DNA of 64,000 nt from NCBI GenBank assembly GCA_014727915.1, contig WJMO01000005.1, positions 256,001-320,000 on the forward strand. Reading direction: 5' to 3'. Made by a program: the position numbers and the translations under genes. Position 1 is the first letter of the stretch. Each line of letters starts with the position of its first letter. The DNA is from Candidatus Altiarchaeales archaeon. GTDB lineage: Archaea; Altiarchaeota; Altiarchaeia; IMC4; SCGC-AAA252-I15. A model generated the notes under the pieces. The model saw nothing but the letters and a program-made list of their open reading frames with translations. It had not been told where the DNA came from and searched no databases. Shown here one piece after another: positions 18,759 through 30,500 of this stretch.

Positions 18759-21700
18759 ATGGCTAAGTCTACATCCGGCTCTAGGACAAGGAATCTGCCC
18801 CATGTGGACGTGGACTACTCCGCTGACCCTGCCGCCCTGGAAGCCGCCCGTAAACTGATGGAAGACCGTCTCCTGGTCGCCGAAGTGGCGGGACGGTACC
18901 AGCGGGCCGACAGGGGCATGGACGCTATGATGGGAGACCTTGAATCCATGACCTTGCTAGCCATGCCAGGCGGATACAAGTCAGCAGCGCTATTCTCGTC
19001 GCGTTCCGTCCTCGGAGCGGGCACTAACACACCCGTCCATAGGATGAACCCTGTGGATATGGCAGGCCCCAACCCCGACAACCCCAACGAGACCGACGCT
19101 GAGAGGGAAGCCAGGATCGCTAGCTTGAAGGGTGTCGGAGCGCTTTACCACTACTCCCGGGGCATGGAAACCCTTCTTCGGAGGGTAGGGAAGGCGGAGG
19201 CCAAGGACGCTCACGTGGTGCAGGTGGGAGGCCAACAGCTCAGCCTGATGGACGACCCCCAATTGGACGACATCGCAGGCGAGCTCGTGTCTCTACTCCA
19301 CACGGCCACCGTGGACATGAGCGCAGTTAAACCCGGGGTTATAGGTTTCGACCCGAACAGGAGATGGGACCGAAGCCAGATAAAAAAGGTATTCAGCACT
19401 CAAATAACAGAAGAGACAGACAAACTTCTGAAAAAGCCAGAATACAGGGATCGACTCTCCGCAGCCTCCGCGATAGTTGATGAAGAAAAGAGAAAAGAAG
19501 CGGAGGCAGGTGTAAAGAGTGAAGCTGAGGCCGAGGTAATTGCACGTTTCGAGTCAGAATACGGTACTCCCCGCATCAGCCGGGGCATGACAAGCCACGA
19601 CCCCCACAGGATAAGGGGCATCCTCCACAGGCGGAGCGCCAGGAGCTCATGGTCCGGCAAACCATTCGACCAAATGCCCCTCGTAGACGCGCTAGTGACC
19701 TGGAGGGCTCTCCACGAATCCGGACAGTCACTTCCAGGGACCGGCGAATTGGATGGAGTGCTCGCGGGACCTAACAACCAGAACTTCTTCGATGCCGCGT
19801 TGACCCACCACGCCCGCTCATTCCACTTCCTCGACCGCGATGGCCATCCTGCTAACCTGCAACAGGTCGAAGACCAGCTGAGAGAGCAGGGTGTCGTATT
19901 CAACTCCATATTCTGGGATACACTGGCTTGGATATCAAGGGACGAGGCGATCAGGAACCACATGATATACCTGATAGTGAAGAAGCGAATGGGTGACAGG
20001 GTCTGGGGCATCCAATCTCTGAACCATGGGCTCGCACACCCCTCAAAGGTGAAGAATGCCCTTGGGAGATACCATGACGCCCACGGACAGACGATAGCGG
20101 AGATTCGTCGCAGAAGGCCCGGCGCGGTCAGCTCGGCGGACGTCGCAGGCCAGAGCTGGCAGGAGATGGTCCACGGAGGATACGGCGATGCTATATCCGA
20201 CTCATACGGCCGTAACATCGCAATGGGCTGGCACAAGGGAGGCGATGACAAGCTACTCCAGAAGGGATGGGTTCTCGGAGCAGGTAACGCGTGGTGGAAG
20301 TTCGAGATGTGCATGCGGATGTGCACAGAATTCCACATGCCATTCAGGAACATGGTCGGCCAGAGGCTCTCCCTGGAGAACATGACAGAATACGACCGGG
20401 AGATCGCTGAAGCACTATGGAATCGCATGAACAACAACGTCACACGCGATGTCAGCGGCAGGATAGTCGGCCATAGACGCTACGGTTTCTGGGTTGGAGC
20501 CCGCCAGTTCGAAGACTCCGACGCCAAAGACCATACGATAGAGAACGTCCCGAGCCACGAGGGAGCCACATTCGACTACGTCAAGAGGACGTGGTGGGGT
20601 GGTGTGGACCCGGACACCGACGAGGTAGTCCTCATCAGAGGCTATGGCCTCACAGTCGGAGACGTCTGGCATGCCAGGGAGATGGGAAGCTACTTCAGGC
20701 ACAGCCAACGCCAGGTGATACTAAACACCGTTAACAGGGCGTTGAACACGATTGACCCGACACGTGACCAGTACACTGAGGTCTGCCAGGTCACGGACGC
20801 CGACCTTGCAAAGACTATACCGGATATGGGGGGTTCCAACGTATCTGAATTGGTCGTGCAAGCTAGCAGGGCGGTGGTCTCTGGCAGGGGAGACGATGTG
20901 AGCAAGCGCGTTGCCGAGGAGACCCGGCTGTCTGAGGAAGAGCTGAGGATAGGGATCCGCGAGGAGAGGATAGAACGGGATGTCCTTGCGGCAGCCAACG
21001 CGGTCAGGCGGAGGGGTGGTAAGAGGGAGGCACGCCACCTGGACCAGATAGACCTAGAAGACGTGGACGAAGGCGTTATCGCAGCCTCACAGTATCGCGC
21101 CCTCATGGAAGAGGAAATAGACAGGATACGTGGCGAGAGATCGTGCTCACGCACAGAAGCATTGGAACATCACATAGCTGCCAGGGCAGCTCGCAAGCAG
21201 AAGAAGGGCAAGGCCACCGCGGATCAGGTGAGGGAGCTAAAGGAGGATGAGGGCCTGGACCACGGCACATTAGACGAGCGCATGGACAGGCTGGCATACC
21301 TTGAGCTCGCCGACAGCCTGGGACGTAAGCGACTGAGGTTCGACGTTAAAGCAGGCACTCTCATCTACATGCACACCTTCTGGAGGAAGGCTGGGATAGA
21401 CGCGGAGTTCCCCGACATAGACCTGCAGGCTAGGACAACCTACGGTGACGGATTGGCTCCCCCAACATGCTTATCGATTATACATAACGAAGCCGACACA
21501 ATGTCCCGGACCGCCGAGGACAGCCAGTTCCGCATAGACGTGGACACACCCTATGAGCGGGCCGCCACCCCAGATGAAGCTGCGGTAATGCGAGCATACT
21601 CTGATTCGATACTCCACAACATGCGCGGCATAATAACCAAGATATACAAGTCCACCCAGTGGTTCAAGATCAGCAGCCCCCAGTGGGCTGACCCCATGTA

Positions 21701-24700
21701 CGCCGAGCCGAGGGCGCAGTCCTTCAGCGACCTGTTCCTGTCACTCTTCAAGCCCGTTGACGATCAGGGTCAACCCCTCATGGACGCCGAAGACGACGAC
21801 GCAGGCAAGGCCTTGAGGGAGAAGATAGCGGCTGCCACCGGAGAGAGCACACCCAACGAGTACCTTATGATGCAGACCCTGCTACTTCTCTCCAAGAGGG
21901 CTCAGGCCAGGAACATGCAGCTGACCAGCCTGGCGATGACCCAGCGCGTACCAAACTTCGAGCAGTTCGCGAACTTCGACAGGGCATACATATGGGATTC
22001 GCTGGAGAACTCAGGCCCCCGCGGCTTCGCACTTGAAGACGGGCAACAGTGGGGTGTCATGCGCACGATACGCCTGATAGGCCATTTGGGCCCCGAGCTT
22101 CGCGCCATAAGGAAGAACCTCCACGGCGGGATGTACTCGCCGATAGGCCGTGAACTCTACGAGGGAGAACGATGCGCTTCAGGCACATACACGGACGAGA
22201 CCGGGAGGCAGGTTACGGTCACACGGGACGAGCTCATCAAGAAGATACAGACGATGATAACCACCCCCGGCGGGGAATTCGAGGCTGTGGGCAGGGCCAT
22301 GCGCGACCCTCAACGCCTTAAGGACCAGCATAGGCGCTCGATCGAGCAGAGAAAGAAATCCGTCGGTGCAATAGACCTGCAGGAATGTCCGGACGCGGAC
22401 TATGAGATGGCAAGGCAGCTTTTCATGTTCCTGGAGCACGTGGACGCCTCGATGGACGGTGTCGGAGGCATGGTCCGGCTATCCAACAACCTCGGTTTCT
22501 GCGACATAGGCCTGGGGAAGGGCCAGACCGCCGAGCTCGCCGACATGGAGAAGATAGTCGAAGCAGTCACCGGCGGCCCCGACTACAAGCTACAGGTCAG
22601 GGAGACTCCCACCTCCGACCTGCGGCTGATCTCAGCCGCCCAGAGATCATGCAACATGGGTCACGTGGACCCCACAAGAATACCCGGCGAGCAGGCCATA
22701 GTCGGCACATTCCAGGATGACGCGGTTTATGTCCCGGGCGTGGACATTGAAGGGGGCGGATGGCCCAACGAATGGATATCACTCCAGGGTCCTCTGATGA
22801 TGGACCCCTACACTCGGCCATTCATGCAGAATTTCGTGCGTAACCAGAGCAGTCACAGGGACTTCCGAAGGATGAGAGCCGCCGACAACCTATCCTTGGT
22901 GGGAGTATGGGACATGTTAGACGCCAACAACATAGACCCCGGGCACCCCGCATATGCTATGCTCATGACGTCAGTCGATAGCTCAACCCCAGACTGGGCC
23001 GCGGTCGACTCAGCTCTCGCAGCAGACCCTGCCGCCGCACCGATACAGACGGCTATCACCGCATTATCAGCCCCGGGAGGCGCGGGCTTGAACCCGCAGA
23101 ATGCGATGCATGTCTTCAGAACTCATGGGATAGACGCGTCACACCCCGCCTACGTCGCATTCGTAGACTCAATAAATGCTACGGCAACCGCCCCGGACTG
23201 GAACATGATGGAGCATGAAATCTCCAACGTACACGGTAACGGTATCATCTCCGCTGCCAGGTTCCTGGGCGTCAACGAACCTGAAAATCCGACTGTGCAG
23301 CACAGCCTCGGAGAATGGCTCAAACACTACGGTCAGGGGGTTATAGATGAGACTACCGGCTGGGTGCTGGACCATCAGAGGCTCCAAGCCCAGCAGCGGG
23401 GAGACCCGGGCGAAGCAGCATACGAGGACCGTGCCAACGGCCTCTTCGAGAGCGCGAAGGAAGAGTACATCGCAGCCCGGTCCGAACTGGATGGCGTAAC
23501 ATACCAGACGCGCGAAGTCCATGTGTCCGACGATGGTAACATATCCACTGAGCCCATACCAGGGACTGCGACTACGCCTCGGACGTTGACTACCGGCGAG
23601 AACCTCGAGGTCATAACGTTGGAGAGGATGGCTTTGGCGAGGGCGGCCCAGGCTGACACGCAATCAGGCGCCTCAAACGGACAGCTTAGAGCCCTATACA
23701 ACCGTTCGCACGATGACCTGGCGGCCGCCTGGCTGATCTCGATAGGCAGGGACTCGTCGGTCGCAGAGCAGGAGAGCAGGTTCTGGCGGGAACCGTTCTA
23801 CTGGTATGACCAGATGTACAGGTACCACACGGACCGCTTCCAGGGTGCGGACCTCCATCTAGGATATGCGCCTGCCAAGGCAGGGATGGCTGCCATGCAC
23901 GCTCAAATAGACAACATCTCACGGGTCAGCGGAGAAGATAGCCGCCCGATCTACATAGGTGCTGGAGTTGCAGGCACAGCCGGCACGGTCGTCGGCCTGG
24001 GTGCTGCAGGCACCAGCCTTGTGATATCAGGAGGCTTCGCCGGTCCTGCATTGGCTGTAGCGGGCATCGGAGCCGTAGCAGCCGCCGGAGGGTTCGGGAT
24101 CGAGTCGGCGTTTGACCGGCGTAGGATGGCGGAAGGATGGGCTCGCGCGGCTGTGGACACATACAGCCATTATCTGCCGGAGCAGATGGAGCGTGGTTAC
24201 GCCAGATTATGCGAACTCAGAAGGGTGAAGGAGCTGGGCGGTCAAACTCTTGACAACTGCGGTTGCAGGACCATCATGGGCTTCCTGAAGCAGAGCCCCT
24301 GGACCTACCGCACCGACCCCGGGGTGGCGAAGTCGGAGGAGTCTGCGATGTGGCTGGACCACCTCACGAACACCCAGGTAATCCACGGGTCCCAGTTCCA
24401 GCTTACACCAGCCATGACATCAGTCTTCATGGAATTGGCACACCCGGACACATACAGGGCGAGGCATTATAAGCGGGAAGCCCTGCATAACGCCGGCATA
24501 TACGTTGACGCAGACCATACGAGATTGCATATACCTGTCGCCACAGCCTATCCCGCCGGAGTTCCGGAAGCGGTTAGTATGCTGGACACAGCAGAGACCA
24601 CGGCCAACATACAGGGTGGCTGGTGGAGTTACATAGCTGGTCCGATAACGGCCGGGCTGGGAAGCAAGTACGTGCGTCAGGTATGGGATGTGGCAGCGGT

Positions 24701-24968
24701 AGAGAACCGGGAGGCAGCTGCAAGGCGCACTCCAGCATATGCCGACATCCCCGGCGCATTCCACCATCAGCTGGCATTGATGCGACCGCAAGGGAGCAAA
24801 GCCCACTCGGAGCAGCTTCGCACGGCAGCTCGCAAGCTACAGGATGAGTTCCACGGCCAGGGCGAGCCCATAGTTTCATCGCCTGTCGTCAGGGAGATAC
24901 AGCGGGCCATAATGACTGCCGCAATAGACGAGCAGCACGGGCAGGAGCCGACAGGCCATCCGAGGTGA
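18759..24968 (+). CDS. Giant orphan protein (~2069 aa) with a C-terminal Gly/Ala-rich hydrophobic hairpin
   Basis: Uninterrupted 6.2-kb ORF; ATG at 18759 follows an AT-rich promoter region; no catalytic motif recognised. Confidence 0.85.
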   Translation: MAKSTSGSRTRNLPHVDVDYSADPAALEAARKLMEDRLLVAEVAGRYQRADRGMDAMMGDLESMTLLAMPGGYKSAALFSSRSVLGAGTNTPVHRMNPVDMAGPNPDNPNETDAEREARIASLKGVGALYHYSRGMETLLRRVGKAEAKDAHVVQVGGQQLSLMDDPQLDDIAGELVSLLHTATVDMSAVKPGVIGFDPNRRWDRSQIKKVFSTQITEETDKLLKKPEYRDRLSAASAIVDEEKRKEAEAGVKSEAEAEVIARFESEYGTPRISRGMTSHDPHRIRGILHRRSARSSWSGKPFDQMPLVDALVTWRALHESGQSLPGTGELDGVLAGPNNQNFFDAALTHHARSFHFLDRDGHPANLQQVEDQLREQGVVFNSIFWDTLAWISRDEAIRNHMIYLIVKKRMGDRVWGIQSLNHGLAHPSKVKNALGRYHDAHGQTIAEIRRRRPGAVSSADVAGQSWQEMVHGGYGDAISDSYGRNIAMGWHKGGDDKLLQKGWVLGAGNAWWKFEMCMRMCTEFHMPFRNMVGQRLSLENMTEYDREIAEALWNRMNNNVTRDVSGRIVGHRRYGFWVGARQFEDSDAKDHTIENVPSHEGATFDYVKRTWWGGVDPDTDEVVLIRGYGLTVGDVWHAREMGSYFRHSQRQVILNTVNRALNTIDPTRDQYTEVCQVTDADLAKTIPDMGGSNVSELVVQASRAVVSGRGDDVSKRVAEETRLSEEELRIGIREERIERDVLAAANAVRRRGGKREARHLDQIDLEDVDEGVIAASQYRALMEEEIDRIRGERSCSRTEALEHHIAARAARKQKKGKATADQVRELKEDEGLDHGTLDERMDRLAYLELADSLGRKRLRFDVKAGTLIYMHTFWRKAGIDAEFPDIDLQARTTYGDGLAPPTCLSIIHNEADTMSRTAEDSQFRIDVDTPYERAATPDEAAVMRAYSDSILHNMRGIITKIYKSTQWFKISSPQWADPMYAEPRAQSFSDLFLSLFKPVDDQGQPLMDAEDDDAGKALREKIAAATGESTPNEYLMMQTLLLLSKRAQARNMQLTSLAMTQRVPNFEQFANFDRAYIWDSLENSGPRGFALEDGQQWGVMRTIRLIGHLGPELRAIRKNLHGGMYSPIGRELYEGERCASGTYTDETGRQVTVTRDELIKKIQTMITTPGGEFEAVGRAMRDPQRLKDQHRRSIEQRKKSVGAIDLQECPDADYEMARQLFMFLEHVDASMDGVGGMVRLSNNLGFCDIGLGKGQTAELADMEKIVEAVTGGPDYKLQVRETPTSDLRLISAAQRSCNMGHVDPTRIPGEQAIVGTFQDDAVYVPGVDIEGGGWPNEWISLQGPLMMDPYTRPFMQNFVRNQSSHRDFRRMRAADNLSLVGVWDMLDANNIDPGHPAYAMLMTSVDSSTPDWAAVDSALAADPAAAPIQTAITALSAPGGAGLNPQNAMHVFRTHGIDASHPAYVAFVDSINATATAPDWNMMEHEISNVHGNGIISAARFLGVNEPENPTVQHSLGEWLKHYGQGVIDETTGWVLDHQRLQAQQRGDPGEAAYEDRANGLFESAKEEYIAARSELDGVTYQTREVHVSDDGNISTEPIPGTATTPRTLTTGENLEVITLERMALARAAQADTQSGASNGQLRALYNRSHDDLAAAWLISIGRDSSVAEQESRFWREPFYWYDQMYRYHTDRFQGADLHLGYAPAKAGMAAMHAQIDNISRVSGEDSRPIYIGAGVAGTAGTVVGLGAAGTSLVISGGFAGPALAVAGIGAVAAAGGFGIESAFDRRRMAEGWARAAVDTYSHYLPEQMERGYARLCELRRVKELGGQTLDNCGCRTIMGFLKQSPWTYRTDPGVAKSEESAMWLDHLTNTQVIHGSQFQLTPAMTSVFMELAHPDTYRARHYKREALHNAGIYVDADHTRLHIPVATAYPAGVPEAVSMLDTAETTANIQGGWWSYIAGPITAGLGSKYVRQVWDVAAVENREAAARRTPAYADIPGAFHHQLALMRPQGSKAHSEQLRTAARKLQDEFHGQGEPIVSSPVVREIQRAIMTAAIDEQHGQEPTGHPR

Positions 24969-24977
24969 AAAGATAAA

Positions 24978-27542
24978 ATGAGACAAAGGAGATCTAGAAG
25001 GCAGACTGGGTCGCAGCCAGGCCAGACTGGCTCGCAGTCAGAGGATCAGGAGAGCCATTGGAAGAGAAACCTGCTGATAGGAGTATTGGGTTGGGAGGCA
25101 ATCGGCCTTTTACCCTACGTCCCAGACGGCCCGGTAAAGGGCATCCTATTCAACGGATGGGGCATATGGGGGAGGCCCGAAACCGTTGCCACCGCTCCCA
25201 TGGACGCTGCCACAAAGGAGATCGCCGACATGACCGGCGCAGCCGAGACCGAGCTGCAGGCTGCAAGGGCCGCAACCACCATCGGAGACAAGCTGGGCCA
25301 CTACGACGCCGCAGCCGGCAAATACAAGTCAATACACGAGAGATACGGTGACAGCACCGAAGGCGCGGGTCTGGCTGGCCAGGCGGGGACGATGCTAGAA
25401 TCCGCCAAAGCAGCTAAGACCGGCGGGAAAGACGCGGAAGCTCAAAACAGATTCAAATCAACCGTTGACTTGGCCAGGGAGCTTGAGAGGAGCTATCCAG
25501 ACAGCGCTCAAGTAGCCAGGGCCATGAGGGCCGAGGCAGCGGTAGGCCTGGGGAAGCCCGAGCTGGCGGCAGACGTATTCACATCCTACCTGAGGGCCGA
25601 ACCGCAAGACCAGTCCAACATAGAAGACCTCATGAAAGCCCGGGCATCTGCGATAGAGCAGCTTACAGGCGGTGATCCAACATCTCCTTTCATGACGACA
25701 GTCCAGACGGCTGAGAAGGCTTTGGCTGACGGGATTAGAACTGGAGATTCCAGGCTATATGAGGATGCGGCGAACATCTACAGCGGCATCGCAGACAATT
25801 CCTCATTGTCAGAGACAGAAAGGGGTCTCGCGGCCTACCTTGCGGGCGATTCCGCCCGGAGGGCGGGCAACGTCGCCGAGGCACTTGGCAGGGTAGACGA
25901 GGCTGAACGGCTGCGTAATGCATCGCACACCGCATACTCGAGGGTAAAGTCGGAGTTCGGAGGATCGCCGTTCGTCCAGGAAGCTGAACTGGGACGTGCT
26001 GGCGTATTGCAGCAGCTCGGTAAGGAAGACGATGCAAGGGATGTTTACCGTGAGGTGCTGAGGACCTCATCATCCACGGATGATGAGCGCAGCAGGGCCA
26101 CTGATGCTTTAAGGGGCATTGTATCACCTCCAGCACCCTCGACAGCTCCAGGCACACCAGGCGCTGGAACTGCCGGGAGGACAAGACCCCCAACAGCATC
26201 GGACCCCGGCTCGGCCTCTGGCACCTCCCAAATTCCTCTCGCGCCCAAGACTCGCGGACCAGCAGCCCGCACCCCAGCTCCCTCGGCGACTAGGACGGAA
26301 CCCTATGTGGACGCGGAGGGGACCTACACCTACGATGTCGGCACTGTGAACCTTACTCAGGACGCGGATGGCAGGGTTTCAGGCACTTTCCAATCGAGTG
26401 AAAAGAGCGGAGGCAAACCACGCTATGAGGGCGATATGGAAGGGCATGTTGAGGGCAACACGCTGAAGATGACATACCGCCAGACCAAGGGCGGTGATAG
26501 GGGGGGAGACATCGAATGGAGGTTCAACCGGGACGGGACGATAGATGCGACGTTCAGGGAATCCGGCCGGTCACCCTATGAGTACAGTCCCCAAAGGGAG
26601 GGAGGCCCTGCCAATTGGCTTAAGACAGAGGCTGAAGTCCATGGAGCCCGGGTCAGCGCGTCATACCAGCGGGCCGAGGAGAAACTAGCTGCTGGAGACT
26701 ACGACGGCGCCATCACCATCTACAGGCAGGTAGCTGGCGATACCCAGCTATCAGACGACCAGAGGGCAGGAGGCAACTACCAGCTTGGCTCCGCGTACGT
26801 TGCAAAGGCGGAGAAACTCGATGATAGTGCGGCCTCGTCCGTCGGCCCGGTGAAGGCAGGACATGAACGGGATGCGCTGGAGGCGAGGAACCATGCGATA
26901 GCGGCTTTCCGGAACGTCCCTCAAACATCCGACTGGGCTTGTGAGGCCCGCCTGGCAACTGGGGACACCCTGGCCGAGCTAGGGAGAACTGATGAGGCTC
27001 AGCAGGCATATGCTCAGGTGCTAACCGCGCCTCAACCGTCAGCGGAAGCTCGCGAATCCGCCGTGGACAGGATGCTCCCAGATACGCCGACGAAAGGCCA
27101 GCTGATGGCGGTCGTCAGCGGGGCCGAGGAAGTATTGGATGACGCGGCCGGGGCTAAGAACGCGGGTTTGATCGTGGAAAATGTTGCCAAACCATATGCT
27201 CAAACCGCCGCAGACACCACCTCCGGATTCACTCCAATCGAAAAGTCTACTGCGGCGTTCCTGGCAGGCTACGCACGTGAGACGGCAGCTTCTGTGGCTG
27301 CAGGCCCTGCGGAGGCTGACCAGCTCATCAAGGGAGCCCGGGACGCATACAGGTCTGTCGTAGACCAAACCCCGTCAGTCCCGCTGGTAAACCAGGCTAG
27401 AATCCGTGTCGGACACATATTCACTCAGTTGGGCGAGAAAGACGATGCGGAATCGGCTTTCCAGGCTGTGATAACAAGCGGCACCGCATCAGGAGACGAG
27501 AAGGAAGCGGCGTCCGCAGGCCTGAGAGCTCTTAACCAGTAA
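24978..27542 (+). CDS. TPR-like repeat protein with an N-terminal hydrophobic segment, Pro/Thr linker and a small beta-barrel domain
   Basis: Helical repeats such as EARLATGDTLAELGRTDEAQQAYAQV; starts 9 bp after the preceding gene. Confidence 0.85.
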   Translation: MRQRRSRRQTGSQPGQTGSQSEDQESHWKRNLLIGVLGWEAIGLLPYVPDGPVKGILFNGWGIWGRPETVATAPMDAATKEIADMTGAAETELQAARAATTIGDKLGHYDAAAGKYKSIHERYGDSTEGAGLAGQAGTMLESAKAAKTGGKDAEAQNRFKSTVDLARELERSYPDSAQVARAMRAEAAVGLGKPELAADVFTSYLRAEPQDQSNIEDLMKARASAIEQLTGGDPTSPFMTTVQTAEKALADGIRTGDSRLYEDAANIYSGIADNSSLSETERGLAAYLAGDSARRAGNVAEALGRVDEAERLRNASHTAYSRVKSEFGGSPFVQEAELGRAGVLQQLGKEDDARDVYREVLRTSSSTDDERSRATDALRGIVSPPAPSTAPGTPGAGTAGRTRPPTASDPGSASGTSQIPLAPKTRGPAARTPAPSATRTEPYVDAEGTYTYDVGTVNLTQDADGRVSGTFQSSEKSGGKPRYEGDMEGHVEGNTLKMTYRQTKGGDRGGDIEWRFNRDGTIDATFRESGRSPYEYSPQREGGPANWLKTEAEVHGARVSASYQRAEEKLAAGDYDGAITIYRQVAGDTQLSDDQRAGGNYQLGSAYVAKAEKLDDSAASSVGPVKAGHERDALEARNHAIAAFRNVPQTSDWACEARLATGDTLAELGRTDEAQQAYAQVLTAPQPSAEARESAVDRMLPDTPTKGQLMAVVSGAEEVLDDAAGAKNAGLIVENVAKPYAQTAADTTSGFTPIEKSTAAFLAGYARETAASVAAGPAEADQLIKGARDAYRSVVDQTPSVPLVNQARIRVGHIFTQLGEKDDAESAFQAVITSGTASGDEKEAASAGLRALNQ

Positions 27543-27569
27543 ATCCCATACTCTCTGGGGGGTGAGCTT

Positions 27570-30500
27570 TTGAAGCAGACGATAGTGCGAGGGAGTGTTC
27601 CCGAAACCGAAGCCGAAGAGCGATTCGACCTCCCTCCTGAGAAGAAGGCCAGGGTCCCCGAACTTAAGAACCGCCTTTACAGCTCACTGCATCAGGCGTT
27701 GGACGCTCAGAGGAGAGCAGCCGGCGAAGCCGACGATGGGAAGAGGGCTGCACTACTAAGATCTGCAGAGGGCGGATTCCATGATGTCGTTGACGCTTTC
27801 GAGCAGGTTAACCGGAACTACGGTGACAGGGCGAACCTGGTGAGAAGGGCTCGACTGTCCGGAATACGTGCTTTGACAGGTTTGGGACGTCACGAGGACG
27901 CCGAGCGCCTTATGCTCACATTCCTGGATTCGACCGATGACGCCGGAGACAGGGTCAAGGCGGTCCGCGCCTACGTCCCCGACATGCCGCACTCGGACGT
28001 GTTAAAGCTACAGCGCGCGGAGATGCACCGTGCTTCCGGCAACTACCATGCTGCGGCTTCATCCTACCGTCAGCTGGCGTCCGGGACCCTGAGAGACGAT
28101 CTTATGGTTTTCGCTCTTACCTCGTCCGCCGACTGCTGGCATAGGCAGGCCCGGGCTGAAGGCCATGAGAACCTCACTGCCCCTGAGGCTACGGGGAGTC
28201 TGAGGAGGGGTCAGGATATCTCCCGGCAGGTCGATGAAGACTTCACAGACTTCGAATACCCCGGCCTTGTCAACCGGGCTAGGCTCACTAGGATAAGGGT
28301 CTCCAACCTTCTCGGAGACGTGAACGAATCTAGGCAGGCGCTATTCAAGATCCTCCACTCTCATGAGTCAACGCTGGACGAGCGGTTGGCTGCTGTCAGC
28401 TCATACTTCAAAGGAAGTGGCATCTCCGGCTTGGAGGCTGGAGAGCGTTCCATGGCGGCGTCCGACTACCAAGCAGCCCAACAGTCCTTCGAAAACGTAT
28501 TGGGCGGCGCGGCGACCGGGGATTTGAGAGCATATGCGCTCGTCAGGTCCGGGGACGCCCACATGGGCCAGGCATTCGCTCACTTGGAGGCAGGAGGCCT
28601 TGGCGGTGTCGAGTCTGAGGAATATGAGCGCGCGGCACAAGCATATGCGCGGGCGTGCTCTGAGTGCAGGGGCTCTTCCATCACCCACACGGCTCTGCTT
28701 TCTAGGGGGGTTGCTTTGGGCAAGTTGGGAGACTACAGTGGAAGATGGGATGCCTACTCAACGGCTTATATGAATGCGTCATCGCCGTCGGACCGGTTGG
28801 AGGCGTTGGAGCACATTCTCCCGGACTCAGACTCCAGGGAGTTCTTCCTCTCCAATGCTATGGCTGCCGAGAGTGTCGTCCATGAGTCGTCTGGTGAGGA
28901 ACCTTACATGCAGGCCAGGGCGTTGGAGAGCGCTGCTGAAAGGTATGGGCGGATGAAAGCGTCGGTTTTCACACCTGAGGAGCGTGCTATGGCGGGTTTT
29001 CTGGCTTCCAAGACGAGCTTGTCTGCTGCTGTATTATCCTATGCGGAGGCAGGAGACCTAGAGTCGATGCGATTGTGGGAGCAACATGGAGCTATCGAGG
29101 ATGCTGAGAGGAACTGTTCGGCAGCGCGCAGGGGTTTCGTCGAATTGGAATCAACGGCGTCGGATGGTTTCCTGAAGAACGAGGCGAGGCTAGGGAGGAT
29201 GCAGGCTTCACTGATGACGCCGGGCCTAAGGCAGGATGCTATAGGCGCGTTCACATCCCTGATGGCTTCGGGTGATCCGACTTACTCCCAGCAGATGAGG
29301 GCGCAGAAGATCCTATTAGATTCGCTTCGAACCGACGACGTCTCTCGCACGCTGTTGTTGGATGCCGGTGAAGTCCTCGCCTCCGGTGTCACGGCAGGGG
29401 ACCCCCAACGGATGGTCCGGGCGAAGGAGCTCTTCGATTCTGTACACTCAATAGGCGGCTTTCAGGATTCGGAGGATGTCCGGGGCTACATCTCCTTCAT
29501 GTCATCGCTGTGCGACCTGCGGGCAGCCAATGCATATGAGCTGCAGGGACGTGGGTTGGATGCCAGCGAACACTATGGGCTGGCCAGGTCAGGGCTGGAA
29601 TCAGCATCGGATGACCTGGCATGGGGCAACGCGGCAAGATCGACGTCCATACAGGCCCACAGGGGCATTTCCAGGGTCGGCTCAGCCACTGCTTTGGCTG
29701 CTGATTCCCGCGGGCTTGTCAGCGCGGGAGTAACATCAGCCACATGGGCCTCCAATTTGGACGCGGGAACCACGGGCTCTACACCCGGCCTTGCCGTCGG
29801 GTCAGACGAGGCTGACGAGCGTTCGTTGAGGGCGTTCATGTCTGCCATGGGGAATGCGTCAAACTATGACGAGCGGATGACAGCCGCAGAGTCTCTGCTC
29901 CCGGACCAGCAGGGAAAGTGGGAGTTCATGCAAGCAGTCTCCGGGGCTGAGAGAGCGGTTGAAAGCCATAGGTACGATGAGGCCGCATCCGTCTACCGGG
30001 CATTGCTTGAGGATCCTAGCGTCTCAGGGGAGCAGAGGCTGGTGGCATTGTACCTCGGCGGCATCGCTTCATTGGAGTCTGCTCGGCCGAGGATGGCGGC
30101 TGTAGCACGAGACGCCAACGCGCTCGCAGACAGCTATGCCAGGTCTGCGGTCGACTCCTACGTTCCCGGCGCTCCGTTCTCCCTCCAGCAGTTCCCCTTG
30201 GAGCCGTTGAAGGAGTCGATGGATAGGAACATGGAATGGTCCCGTCACAGCTGCCAGGACGCCCATGAGATGCTAACCCGCCTGAAGCAGGAGCATCCCG
30301 TCTTCAGCGAGGACGCTACCGTCCAGTTGGCCGACGCCCACGCTCTCCTGGGCCTTGGGGATTCGGCGGCCGCTGCCGGGCTTTTCCAGGAGTCTGCTGA
30401 ACTGCCTTCTTTGTCGGAGGGGCATCAGAGGATGGCTGCTCAGGGGCTGAACGCATCCGGGGTCGTCGGCTACCAGGTTACTGCAGTGTTGGACGCAGGC

